A stretch of 61,236 bases of DNA, from NCBI GenBank assembly GCA_017625505.1, contig JAGAKV010000008.1, positions 1 through 61,236 on the forward strand. The letters are read 5' to 3'. The notes below the pieces were generated by a model. That model was not told the DNA's origin. It did no database searches and saw only the letters and a program-made list of their open reading frames with translations. Numbering within the stretch: the first letter of the stretch is position 1; every line of letters starts with the position of its first letter. The translations under genes were made by a program, and so were the position numbers. Source of the DNA: Clostridia bacterium (GTDB taxonomy: Bacteria; Bacillota; Clostridia; Christensenellales; UBA1242). This document shows positions 33,877 to 43,474 of this stretch, piece after piece.

Positions 33877-33901
33877 GCTTCTTTGAAAAAGAGGCTTTTT
33901 T
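33877..33901 (+). terminator. Promoter-proximal terminator hairpin in the operon leader
   Basis: GCTTCTTT/AAAGAGGC stem (one G-U), 3-nt loop, T6. Lies 45 nt upstream of the GTG start. Confidence 0.45.
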
Positions 33902-33945
33902 GTCGTTCTTAAGTAATGACAAAATAAAAAAAAGGAGGAAAAATT

Positions 33946-34923
33946 GTGATTGAAATTAAAAATCTGACTAAGACTTTTAAGGTTGCTGAAAAAGACAAGG
34001 GCTTTTGGGGCAGTGTAAAAGGCTTATTCAAAAGAAGGTATCACGAAAAACGGGCGCTTGATGATGTTTCTTTTAGCATCGATGAAGGCGAAATTGTGGG
34101 ATACCTTGGGCCAAATGGGGCAGGAAAAAGCACCACAATCAAGATTATGTGTGGAATTTTGACCCCATCGTCAGGCGATTGCAAGATCAATGGATTTACA
34201 CCGTGGAAAGACAGAGAAAAATATGTGAAGGACATAGGCGTTGTCTTTGGACAACGAAGTCAGCTTTGGTGGGATGTCCCTGTTATTGACTCCTTTCATC
34301 TATTAAAGGATATTTACAAACTGCCAAAAGAGGAGTTTGAAACGCAGCTTAATCTTCTTGTGGAGAAGCTAGACCTAAAACCACTTTTACATGTTCCGTT
34401 ACGTCAACTTTCGCTTGGCCAGAAAATGAAGTGCGAACTCGCTGGCTCGCTGCTGCATAAGCCCAAAATTCTCTTTTTGGATGAACCAACAATTGGCCTT
34501 GATGCGATTAGCAAGCTTAAGGTGCGCGAGTTTGTTAAGACGATTAATAAAGAAATGGGGATCACGGTGATTTTGACAACCCATGACATGAATGATATTG
34601 AGGCGCTCACAAATCGCATTATTATCATCGGGAAAGGGAAGCTTCTTTATGACGGCTCTTTTGATCAAATCAAGTACAAATACTCCAACATTCGCACCAT
34701 CGAAATTGAAATGGAAGAAGATTATGGAGATATTGAAATTGAGGGGTGTGAGTTCGTCTCTAAAATTGACAAAAAGTACACGTTTAAAACAGCAGACAAG
34801 CATTTTAAGCTCACATCTTTCGTTGAAAAACTTAGTAAAAAATATAAGATGTATGATGTCAATATCGATCCGATCAACTTGGAAGAGGTGATTTCAAAAT
34901 TATATGAGGAGCTTGGCATATGA
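33946..34923 (+). CDS. ABC transporter ATP-binding protein (COG4586-like)
   Basis: GPNGAGKSTT, LSLGQKMKCELA, LFLDEPTIGLD. GTG start after AAGGAGG. Confidence 0.85.
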   Translation: MIEIKNLTKTFKVAEKDKGFWGSVKGLFKRRYHEKRALDDVSFSIDEGEIVGYLGPNGAGKSTTIKIMCGILTPSSGDCKINGFTPWKDREKYVKDIGVVFGQRSQLWWDVPVIDSFHLLKDIYKLPKEEFETQLNLLVEKLDLKPLLHVPLRQLSLGQKMKCELAGSLLHKPKILFLDEPTIGLDAISKLKVREFVKTINKEMGITVILTTHDMNDIEALTNRIIIIGKGKLLYDGSFDQIKYKYSNIRTIEIEMEEDYGDIEIEGCEFVSKIDKKYTFKTADKHFKLTSFVEKLSKKYKMYDVNIDPINLEEVISKLYEELGI

Positions 34924-35723
34924 GAGCGTATGGATCAATTTTTAAAATAAGGTTTATCAACACGCTTCAATATCGCACGGCAGCGTTTGCAGGAGTAGCG
35001 ACGCAGATTTGCTTTGGACTTATGTATGTATTCCTCTTCACAGCATTTTATAATCAGGGAAATGCACCAAGCGACTTTACTCAACTTCAAATGGTGTCAT
35101 ATTTATGGCTTCAGCAAATGTTTTTCGCTTACTTCTTTCCACTTGATCAAAACAAAAACATGATTGCGCAGATTGAACAAGGCAACATATGCTACGAACT
35201 TGTTAGACCAATGAAACTCTACAACAATTGGTCGGTTACTCTGTTTGCCGAGAAAATTGCCAAAACGCTTTTAAGGTTTTTGCCAGTCCTAATCTTTGCA
35301 ATCTTGATGCCTACTGGGCTTGGCATTGAATTGCCAGCGTCCGTTGGTGCGCTTATGTTGTCGCTTTTTAATCTTATAGTAAGCGGAATGCTTATTGTTG
35401 CAATGAATATGGTTTGTTATTGTCTGCTTTTCAAAACTATGTCTTCGCTTGGAATCTTTTCAATCTATGCGACAATCGCAAGTCTACTGAGCGGCGCAAT
35501 GATTCCTATTCCGATGATGCCAGCGTGGGCACAAACGGTTTTAAACTTCTTGCCATTTAGATATACTTCTGATTTGACTTTTAGAACCTATGTTGGAAGT
35601 ATAGATATTACAACTGCACTAATTCAGACATTGATTCAAATAGCTTGGCTTGTATTTTTTGTTATTGTTGGCAAACTGCTGATGAAAAGATGTTTGAAAA
35701 AAGTGGAAGTTCAAGGAGGTTAG
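34920..35723 (+). CDS. ABC-2 type permease
   Basis: Six hydrophobic segments. ATGA overlap with the ATPase gene. Confidence 0.65.
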   Translation: MRAYGSIFKIRFINTLQYRTAAFAGVATQICFGLMYVFLFTAFYNQGNAPSDFTQLQMVSYLWLQQMFFAYFFPLDQNKNMIAQIEQGNICYELVRPMKLYNNWSVTLFAEKIAKTLLRFLPVLIFAILMPTGLGIELPASVGALMLSLFNLIVSGMLIVAMNMVCYCLLFKTMSSLGIFSIYATIASLLSGAMIPIPMMPAWAQTVLNFLPFRYTSDLTFRTYVGSIDITTALIQTLIQIAWLVFFVIVGKLLMKRCLKKVEVQGG

Positions 35724-35725
35724 AA

Positions 35726-36505
35726 ATGTTGTATTTCAAATTTGCAAAAATGCATCTTAAAAAGATGACGCAGTATAGGCTTTCGTTTTTTCTAAGTTTA
35801 CTATCTCAGGCTATTGTTTCGCTTGCGGCACTAGCAAGTATGTACTTTCTGTTTGATCGTTTTAATGTCGTCGAGGGGTGGAGTTTTTCTCAAGTCGCCG
35901 TTTCGTATGCTGTTGTGTACTTTTGCTTTTCTTTTGCTGAATGTTTCTTCCGCGGCTTTGATGTGTTTGCACGTCTAATTAAATCAGGAGGACTAGACGC
36001 GTTCTTCGTTCGCCCAAGAAGCATTTTCTATCAGACGCTTTGCAGTAATGTTGAATTTTCAAAGATTGGAAGATTGGTTGTGTCACTCGCTGTTCTCGTT
36101 TACTCTTGTGCTATTCAACCATTTGCTTGGGGAGTTGACAAAATTGCAGTCCTGATCGGTATGTTGGTGTGCGGCATAGTAATTTTTCTTGCACTGTTTA
36201 TGCTGGGCGCGTCATTCAGTATTTTTACTGTTGAGGGGATTGAGGTTGTCAATATTTTTACTGACGGCGGTCGAGATTTGTGTCAATATCCCCTGAATAT
36301 TTACCCTCAAGCGCTGACAAAAATTTTTACATACATCATCCCGTTTGCCTGCTTCAACTATTTGCCGATGATGTATCTGTTTGATATGCCAGGCGTGACA
36401 ATTTGGGGCAATGCGCTTGCGCCTCTTTACGGCATGGTGATCATTATTCCGGCCTATCTGATTTTTAAATGGTCGCTTAAGAAATATAACTCTACAGGAA
36501 CTTAA
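35726..36505 (+). CDS. ABC-2 type permease (second subunit)
   Basis: Multi-TM. AAGGAGG lies before ATG 35726. The upstream ORF extension overlaps the previous gene. Confidence 0.65.
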   Translation: MLYFKFAKMHLKKMTQYRLSFFLSLLSQAIVSLAALASMYFLFDRFNVVEGWSFSQVAVSYAVVYFCFSFAECFFRGFDVFARLIKSGGLDAFFVRPRSIFYQTLCSNVEFSKIGRLVVSLAVLVYSCAIQPFAWGVDKIAVLIGMLVCGIVIFLALFMLGASFSIFTVEGIEVVNIFTDGGRDLCQYPLNIYPQALTKIFTYIIPFACFNYLPMMYLFDMPGVTIWGNALAPLYGMVIIIPAYLIFKWSLKKYNSTGT

Positions 36506-36568
36506 AGATTTAGATTTTATAAGAAATTTTGTGAGGCGATTTTAGAAAAATTTTATGCTTATTCAATA

Positions 36569-36612
36569 AAATAAGCTGCAGCAAATAAGCTGCAGCAAAT
36601 AAGCATTGCTGC
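36569..36612. repeat. 14-nt tandem repeat (about 2.6 copies) ending in a hairpin
   Basis: AAATAAGCTGCAGC twice, then a partial copy. GCAGCAA/TTGCTGC stem. Confidence 0.7.
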
Positions 36613-36734
36613 TTTACTTGTAACGGCTATCAAAAGGTTGGGAAAATTTTCTCAACTTTTTTCGTTTTACTATTGAAATTCTACTTAATGTATGTTATAT
36701 TTAAATTAATAAAATATAAATCTTAGGAGAAGAC

Positions 36735-39239
36735 ATGTCAAACGATTTCGAAATGCTTAAAAGTATGAGTGCGATTTACAGGTGTGCGTTCTTTCATCAG
36801 TCCATTCACAAAAACACAATGAAAAATCAACTGCTTTTTAGAAAGAAGATTACTTCACAAAACAAATTTTTTCAAGCGTTTGACAGGCTGGTTGCGCAAG
36901 GCGGGTTAATCAAGGATAAAGATATGGTGTCAATCAATCCTGCCTTTGTGGTAAGCGGTTTTCTTCATCAAGAAAATCCAGACGAATTTTATGTTGTTTT
37001 TCCTGACAATAAACTTCGCTATCGCATAAGCAAAAGTGTTGCTTCAAGCTATAAAGACGGAGACTCTCTTCATGTCGTGCTTCAAGATATAGGCGGACAG
37101 ATTGAAGCGATTGTGCTTGGGAAAAATTATGATGAAAATTTTGCTGTTTATCAAGATCGAAGAACAAGAGAACAAGAAGAAAAACTGGCAAAAGGCAATT
37201 TGGTGCTTGGAAGAGTGGTAAAACTTAGTCATGACAATCTTGTTTTTATTCCAAATAAAAAGAATCTCCCTGTCCGTCAAGTGCCAATCTTAAATGACAA
37301 GCAAGAGTGGTCTTCTTTCCAAGATAAAATTTGTATTATGCGGTTTGCTGACAATGCAGATCCTGCGATGGGCGGCTTTATTACAGAAGTGAAGGGCGAC
37401 GCCGGCAATCCAATTCATGAATATGACGCTATTGCAGAAAGCTATGGCGCGATTATGAGCTGGGAAGGGGACAAAATTGAAAGAGAAATTGCAAAAATTC
37501 CAACAAGAGTTGATGTAGACGCGCTCAAGCTTATTTCTGAAGCTCAGGCGAAAAAAGAACAAAGAGGAAGCGTTGTCGATCTTCGACATATTCCATTTGC
37601 AACTGTCGATCCTGCAACCTGCAAAGATATGGACGATGCAATTTATTCAACTTTCAACGAAAATGGAGACATAGTGTGCTACATTGCGGTTGCAAATGTT
37701 ACGAAATATGTTGACCTAAACAGCGAAATTGGCAGAAGATACATTGAAGGCGGGTTTACAATTTATGCACCAAACAAGGCATACAATATTCTTCCAACAA
37801 AACTCTCAACAGGCATCTGTTCGCTCAACCCTGATGAAGATAGGCTTGCTTTTGTTGTAAAGGCAACCATCGACAAACGTACGGGCAAGATGAAAAAATC
37901 TAAAATTTATGACGCGCTCATCCAAAGCAGAAAGAAGTATAGCTATGAAGAGGCGCAGGCGATTGTAGATGAAAATGAAGAAGAGTTTACAAGAGGCTAC
38001 TTGATGGCAAAACATCTTAGCGGCGAGGAATTATCGTTAGACGAGCAAATTGTAATGAACTACTATGCGGCAAAAACAATCAAACAGGGGTTTGAAGAAC
38101 GAGGGATGATTCGCTTTGTCGCAAATAAAGAAAGAGAAGTCGAATTTGATGAAGATCTTCAAAATGTTGTTGATATCAAGCAAATTCCACACCTATACTA
38201 TCATGAAGTAATTGAAGCGTTTATGATTACGGCAAATGAAGCGACAGCAAAATTTGCGCAAGATCACAACCTTGATAATGTATACCGTGTCCATGCCGAG
38301 CCAAACGCTCAAAAGTTAAATAGAGCAAACGAATTTTTCAATATTCTTGGTATTGACTTTGACGGGGACTTGTCAGCGGAAGGAACGAGGGGGCTGCTTG
38401 AAATGATTGCTGGCACAGTAAATGAAGAAGTGATCAATCATTTCCTTATCAAGATGCAGTCAAGAGCGGTATACAGCGATCACCCTTATGATGAAGATGA
38501 TGACGAAGAGTATATGGAAGGGGAAGGCGAGCGCATTTCACACTATGCACTTCAGTCACCTCATTACAGCCATACAACATCTCCAATTCGAAGAGTGCCT
38601 GACTATATCACTCAATTCAATATTCTTGCACAAATGCATGGAAAAGAACCAATTAGTCCTGGCAAACTTAAGAAGATTGTCGACATTGCCAACTCAAGAC
38701 AAATAGAAGTTGATCAAGCAGAGCGTGATTTTGAAGATGTAAACAGTGCGATGTATTGTGAACAACACATAGGTGAGAAGATGCACGGGCGAGTTACTAA
38801 AATTAGGCTTGCTACACCAGAAGAAGGATATGAAGATGATATTATTGTTATCGTGAAAGATCAAGCAAAGGGCATTCACGCCGAAGTGCCTCTGTCGCAA
38901 ATTACAGGCAGACCTTCAAATGAGTACTACCTTTCAAAAGAAGGATGTGCCGTTTATGATGCAAAAGGCAATATTGTCATTACATTATGCAAGCCAATTG
39001 ATTTTATCATTGCAAGCGCAGATCGCAAGTCGATGAAGGTTGTAGGTAAAACTGATTGTAGTTTAGTTAAATCTGCCGAGAAAAGAGAGTTTGAACACAT
39101 TGGCAGACAAGGTTTAACAAAAGAACAAGCAACTATGCCAGCGGCATTTCATAATCGCAGCAAGCATTCAAGAAAAACACGCATTGAAAACAAAAAGCGT
39201 GACCGTAGATATAGCTATGACGAAGAAGATTATAAATAA
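36735..39239 (+). CDS. rnr: Ribonuclease R (RNB family 3'-5' exoribonuclease)
   Basis: DPATCKDMDDAIY RNB motif. HYALQSPHYSHTTSPIRRVPDY. S1-like C-terminus and a K/R-rich tail. Confidence 0.85.
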   Translation: MSNDFEMLKSMSAIYRCAFFHQSIHKNTMKNQLLFRKKITSQNKFFQAFDRLVAQGGLIKDKDMVSINPAFVVSGFLHQENPDEFYVVFPDNKLRYRISKSVASSYKDGDSLHVVLQDIGGQIEAIVLGKNYDENFAVYQDRRTREQEEKLAKGNLVLGRVVKLSHDNLVFIPNKKNLPVRQVPILNDKQEWSSFQDKICIMRFADNADPAMGGFITEVKGDAGNPIHEYDAIAESYGAIMSWEGDKIEREIAKIPTRVDVDALKLISEAQAKKEQRGSVVDLRHIPFATVDPATCKDMDDAIYSTFNENGDIVCYIAVANVTKYVDLNSEIGRRYIEGGFTIYAPNKAYNILPTKLSTGICSLNPDEDRLAFVVKATIDKRTGKMKKSKIYDALIQSRKKYSYEEAQAIVDENEEEFTRGYLMAKHLSGEELSLDEQIVMNYYAAKTIKQGFEERGMIRFVANKEREVEFDEDLQNVVDIKQIPHLYYHEVIEAFMITANEATAKFAQDHNLDNVYRVHAEPNAQKLNRANEFFNILGIDFDGDLSAEGTRGLLEMIAGTVNEEVINHFLIKMQSRAVYSDHPYDEDDDEEYMEGEGERISHYALQSPHYSHTTSPIRRVPDYITQFNILAQMHGKEPISPGKLKKIVDIANSRQIEVDQAERDFEDVNSAMYCEQHIGEKMHGRVTKIRLATPEEGYEDDIIVIVKDQAKGIHAEVPLSQITGRPSNEYYLSKEGCAVYDAKGNIVITLCKPIDFIIASADRKSMKVVGKTDCSLVKSAEKREFEHIGRQGLTKEQATMPAAFHNRSKHSRKTRIENKKRDRRYSYDEEDYK

Positions 39240-39245
39240 ACTTGA

Positions 39246-39274
39246 AAAAGATGAGATTCGTCTCATCTTTTTTT
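39246..39274 (+). terminator. Terminator after rnr
   Basis: AAGATGAGA/TCTCATCTT stem plus a T-run. Confidence 0.8.
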
Positions 39275-39388
39275 ATGTAGTGATAGGACGCGGTGAAGAC
39301 GCGGTTTTATTTATTAAACTTTAAAAATTTTCATTTTAAATTTGACTTTTAGGTGGCGGAAAATATACAATACAAGAAAGGGGAGATT

Positions 39389-40000
39389 ATGAACAAGCTG
39401 TATTTTCGATATGGTGCTATGGGCAGCTCAAAAACCGCTCAGGCGCTTATGCTGAAATTTAATTATGAGCAAAAAGGACACACTGTTTTTCTGTTTAAAC
39501 CTGTCGTTGATAAAAGGTGCGAAGAAAATGGAAAAGCGTACGTTGCCAGCCGCATAGGACTAAAGGCGGAATGCATTGAATTTTCAAGCCAAGATGATTT
39601 TTGGCAGCTAAGTCAAGAATATGCTATTTTAAACGTAAAAACCGTAAGCAAAAATGTTATTATTATTGACGAGTGTCAATTTTTGACAGCAAAACAGGTG
39701 GAGCAGCTTAAAGAAATTTCGCTATATTTGCCAGTTTTATGCTTTGGACTATTGACGAATTATAAAACAGAACTGTTTGAAGGAAGCAAACGCTTGATCG
39801 AACTTGCTGACTCAATCGCAGAGGTTAAATCTGTGTGCAAATGTGGACGCAAGGCAACAATCAATGTAAGGCTGTCTAAAGGTCTGATTGTTACTCAAGG
39901 CAACGAGATTGAAATTGGCGGCGATGATAAGTATGAGGGGATGTGCTACTATTGTTATAAAAAGAAACTTTTATCCCAACAAAAGAAATATAATAAATAG
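39389..40000 (+). CDS. tdk: Thymidine kinase
   Basis: YGAMGSSKTAQAL P-loop, IIIDECQFLT, CKCGRKAT...C..CY zinc site. Collinear with E. coli Tdk. Confidence 0.87.
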   Translation: MNKLYFRYGAMGSSKTAQALMLKFNYEQKGHTVFLFKPVVDKRCEENGKAYVASRIGLKAECIEFSSQDDFWQLSQEYAILNVKTVSKNVIIIDECQFLTAKQVEQLKEISLYLPVLCFGLLTNYKTELFEGSKRLIELADSIAEVKSVCKCGRKATINVRLSKGLIVTQGNEIEIGGDDKYEGMCYYCYKKKLLSQQKKYNK

Positions 40001-40009
40001 GGAGGAAAC

Positions 40010-42352
40010 ATGAATTATAACGGAAAAAAATATCTTGAAAAATTGGATCAATATTATAGAGCGGCAAACTACATTTCGCTTGCTCAGCTCTATCTTCTTC
40101 GCAATCCACTTTTGAAACAACCACTTAAAAAGGAAGATATAAAAAAGAAGATTGTTGGCCACTGGGGGACTGTGCCGGGACAAAACTTTGTTTATGCACA
40201 TATGAACAGGGCTATTACAAAATATGACCTTGACATGATTCTTGTCTCAGGCCCAGGACATGGCGGCAACTTTTTCCTTGCAAACTCATATCTTGAGGGC
40301 ACTTACAGCGAGTATTATCCAGAGTGCAGCCAAGATGAAAAGGGAATGACCAAATTCTGCAAGCAATTTTCTTTTCCTTATGGGGTGTCTTCGCACGTAG
40401 CGCCTCAGGTGCCAGGCTCAATTCATGAGGGCGGCGAACTTGGCTACAGCCTTCTTCATGGCTTTGGTGCGGTTTTTGACAATAAAGATCTCATTGCAAC
40501 GGTTATAGTTGGTGATGGTGAGGCGGAGACTGGTCCTCTTGCGACGTCGTGGCTTTCAAATAAGTTTATCAATCCTGCGCGTGATGGCGCGGTACTTCCA
40601 GTGCTTCATCTAAACGGCTATAAAATTGCAAATCCGACTGTGCTTGCGAGAATGACAAATCATGATCTTCGCAACTATTTTTACGGACTTGGCTGGGATG
40701 CTGTTTTTGTTGAAGGAGAGGCGCCAAAGCAAATGCATAGGCTGATGGCAAAGGCAGTTGACAAGGCAATTGAAAAAATCAAGTCAATCCAAAAACAAGC
40801 TCGAGAGGGTTTTGTTTTTGACAGTATAAAGTGGCCAATGATTATCCTTCGCACTCCAAAGGGGTGGAGCATTCCAAAGTACGTTGATGGAAAACAAATT
40901 GAAGGCTCATTCAGGGCGCATCAAGTCCCTGTTGACATGACAAAGCCAGAGCATTTTGATATTCTGGAAAATTGGCTTAAAAGTTATAGACCGGAAGAAC
41001 TTTTCAACGATGATTATACGCTCAACGATGATATTGCAGCAATTTTGCCTCGAGGGGATAAACGAATAAGCGCAAACCCACATACAAACGCGGGGGTAAG
41101 CAATCTCATCCTTCCTTCTCTTCGTGATTATGGCGTTGAGATTGAAGGGCATGGCAAAGTGAAAAAGCAAGATATGATTGAGCTTGGTGCTTATATTAGA
41201 GATGTATTTAAACTTAACAAGGAAAATCAAAATTATCGAATTTTTGCACCAGATGAGGCTAAATCAAACAGGCTTAATAAGGCTTTTGAAGCTGAAAAAC
41301 GCATGTGGGCGGGCAAAATTTATGAAAATGATGAAGATCTTGCAAAAGACGGGCGTATTATGGACAGCTTTTTGTCAGAACATGCCTGCGAAGGATGGCT
41401 TGAGGGGTATCTTTTGACAGGCAGACACGGCATGTTTGCAACTTATGAGGCCTTTGCAAGAGTTGTTGACAGTATGGTGTCTCAGCACGCAAAATGGATA
41501 AAAGAAATCAAATCAATTCCATGGCGCAAACCAATATCTTCGCTCAACTTAATTCTTACTTCAAATGTATGGCAACAAGATCACAATGGTTATTCTCATC
41601 AAGAGCCGGGATTCCTCGATCATCTTGTAAACAAGAAGGCAGACATTGTAAGAATCTATCTTCCACCAGATGCAAACTGCTTGATTTCGTGCTATGATCA
41701 TATTCAGGCAACGCAAAACTATATCAACGCAATTGTTGCATCAAAACATCCAAGCTGGCAGTGGCTTAATATGGAAGAGGCAATTGAACATTGTACAAAA
41801 GGTGCAAGTGAGTGGAAATGGGCTTCAAATTGTGGCAATAAAAAGCCAGATATCGTGCTTGCTTGTGCGGGCGACACAACAACGCTTGAGATGATGGCGT
41901 GTGCTGATCTTATCAAAAAGCATCTTCCAAAAATCAAATATAAGTTTGTCAATGTGGTAGATCTTATGCGTCTTCCAAGCGATAGCGAACATCCACACGG
42001 GCTTACTGACGAAGAGTTTAATAAGCTTTTCACTCAAGACAAGCCAGTGCTGTTTAATTATCATGGCTATGATAGTTTGATACTAGAGCTTATTTCTGCA
42101 AGAAAAAACAACAACTTCCATGTGCATGGCTATCAAGAGGAGGGAAGCATAACAACAGCTTTTGATATGAGGGTGCGAAACGGCGTTGATCGTTATCATT
42201 TGCTTCTTGACACAATCAAAATCTTAGGTCTTGAAGAAAAAGAATCACAGCTTGTTGATGAAATCAATAAAAAACTTAAAAAGCACAAAACATATATTGC
42301 AAAGTATGGTGTAGATATGCCAGAAGTTGCAAATTGGCAATGGAAAGACTAA
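40010..42352 (+). CDS. xfp: Xylulose-5-phosphate/fructose-6-phosphate phosphoketolase
   Basis: GHWGTVPGQNFVYAHMNR, EGGELGYSL, about 780 aa. Confidence 0.92.
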   Translation: MNYNGKKYLEKLDQYYRAANYISLAQLYLLRNPLLKQPLKKEDIKKKIVGHWGTVPGQNFVYAHMNRAITKYDLDMILVSGPGHGGNFFLANSYLEGTYSEYYPECSQDEKGMTKFCKQFSFPYGVSSHVAPQVPGSIHEGGELGYSLLHGFGAVFDNKDLIATVIVGDGEAETGPLATSWLSNKFINPARDGAVLPVLHLNGYKIANPTVLARMTNHDLRNYFYGLGWDAVFVEGEAPKQMHRLMAKAVDKAIEKIKSIQKQAREGFVFDSIKWPMIILRTPKGWSIPKYVDGKQIEGSFRAHQVPVDMTKPEHFDILENWLKSYRPEELFNDDYTLNDDIAAILPRGDKRISANPHTNAGVSNLILPSLRDYGVEIEGHGKVKKQDMIELGAYIRDVFKLNKENQNYRIFAPDEAKSNRLNKAFEAEKRMWAGKIYENDEDLAKDGRIMDSFLSEHACEGWLEGYLLTGRHGMFATYEAFARVVDSMVSQHAKWIKEIKSIPWRKPISSLNLILTSNVWQQDHNGYSHQEPGFLDHLVNKKADIVRIYLPPDANCLISCYDHIQATQNYINAIVASKHPSWQWLNMEEAIEHCTKGASEWKWASNCGNKKPDIVLACAGDTTTLEMMACADLIKKHLPKIKYKFVNVVDLMRLPSDSEHPHGLTDEEFNKLFTQDKPVLFNYHGYDSLILELISARKNNNFHVHGYQEEGSITTAFDMRVRNGVDRYHLLLDTIKILGLEEKESQLVDEINKKLKKHKTYIAKYGVDMPEVANWQWKD

Positions 42353-42472
42353 CTTTTTCAGCGTGAAAAAGTTACAAAAAGCGCTGGGGATTGCGATTTC
42401 CCCAGCCCCTTGAAACGCTTTTATAAGGTTTCATTAAAATCGATCTTTACCAAAAAAGATGAGAAAAATTTC

Positions 42473-42694
42473 TCATCTTTTTGTTTTTCGGTTATAAAAA
42501 ATGTCTTTGATATGAATGCCCATTGCTTTTGCAACTTTGAAAACAGGCAGAACTGTTAAACCTTGTTCGTCTCCCATGATTTTTGCAAATGTGACGGGTG
42601 AAATTTTGCACATTTTGCAAAACGCAGTTTTTGATAAACTGTTCTCCTTCATAAAATTCTCGATAAGCTCATAGTTAATAAATTTTTCTTTCAT
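42473..42694 (-). CDS. Small XRE/Cro-type HTH regulator
   Basis: 73 aa. LSKTAFCKMCKISPVTFAKIM HTH. Confidence 0.7.
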   Translation of the reverse strand: MKEKFINYELIENFMKENSLSKTAFCKMCKISPVTFAKIMGDEQGLTVLPVFKVAKAMGIHIKDIFYNRKTKR

Positions 42695-42708
42695 ATTTTT
42701 CTCCTCTC

Positions 42709-42784
42709 AGTTCCAAATGGAATTATTTGTATTATACAGTTCCAGTTGGTATTATGTCAAGTAAATTGTTCCAATTGGTATAAA
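42709..42784. promoter_or_regulatory. Three operator-like repeats spaced 29 bp apart, overlapping divergent promoters
   Basis: AGTTCCAAATGGAATTAT (42709), AGTTCCAGTTGGTATTAT (42738), TGTTCCAATTGGTATAAA (42767). Minus-strand promoter TTGACA/TATAAT lies between them. Plus-strand TGgTATAAA overlaps repeat 3. Confidence 0.6.
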
Positions 42785-42804
42785 ATGTTTGCGAGGTTAT
42801 AAAA

Positions 42805-43011
42805 ATGAATAAATTTGCAAAGAGACTCAAAGAATTGAGAGAAGAGAAAGGTTTTTCAAAAACTAAGTTAGCAAAAGAGTTAAATACGACAGAAGCCAAT
42901 ATTTGCAGATGGGAAAATGGAACAAGATCGCCAAATATTGACAGCATAATTTTGTTATGTCAATATTTCAAATGCACATCGGACTATTTAATTGGCCTTA
43001 CCGATTTTTAG
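42805..43011 (+). CDS. Small XRE-family HTH regulator
   Basis: 68 aa. LKELREEKGFSKTKLAKELNTTEANICRWENG. Confidence 0.8.
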   Translation: MNKFAKRLKELREEKGFSKTKLAKELNTTEANICRWENGTRSPNIDSIILLCQYFKCTSDYLIGLTDF

Positions 43012-43012
43012 T

Positions 43013-43200
43013 GCTGAGAAGTTTAACGAAAGGCTAAATGCGAGAGCATAAAGTCGCTTAGAGTAAATTCAATTGGCTGCGGGGGCAATCAATCAGTTAT
43101 TGTAAAATGGAAAAAAGAGTGGCAGGGGGGCTAAACAAGGAATGCTTCACTTTTCTTGCTGAGTTTTTAGTGCATCAATTAATGATTTTGCGTGGGTGTA
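43013..43200 (+). pseudogene. Decayed paralog of the adjacent XRE HTH gene (four in-frame stops)
   Basis: Reads EKFNERLNARA*SRLE*IQLAAGAINQLL*NGKKSGRGAKQGMLHFSC*VFSASINDFAWV. ttg taa aat gga occupies the place of tgg gaa aat gga (WENG). Confidence 0.5.
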
Positions 43201-43372
43201 AGATTTCAATTTGATCGAATAAAAAAGCCGATAACTTTATATCAATGCATATTTAGTTTAATTGTTGTAAATTAATGTTTTTTGCGTTTTTGGTTTGGGT
43301 GAAAAATTATGTTTTTTCGTTTCTAGTTTCAACTTTCTAGCTTTTATTTTTATTATTTATTGATTTATCAAT

Positions 43373-43417
43373 AAAAAATAGCATAGTTATGTTTTGATAA
43401 CTATGCTATTTTTGTTT
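43373..43417. terminator. Bidirectional terminator
   Basis: 14-bp stem AATAGCATAGTTAT/ATAACTATGCTATT flanked by A- and T-runs. Confidence 0.8.
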
Positions 43418-43474
43418 CGGTTGTCATAGATGAGGGGGATAAAGCTTGGGAAAGGAAGGAGGCAAAATGGGAGA

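Noticed and set aside
36569-36612. CRISPR-like repeat
   Set aside because: There are only about 2.6 directly abutting 14-nt units with no spacers and no cas genes. It is a simple tandem duplication at a terminator.
42353-43474. Intact prophage or ICE around the HTH switch
   Set aside because: No integrase, recombinase, replication, structural or lysis genes and no att-like repeats were seen on either side. Only the regulatory pair and a decayed paralog remain.
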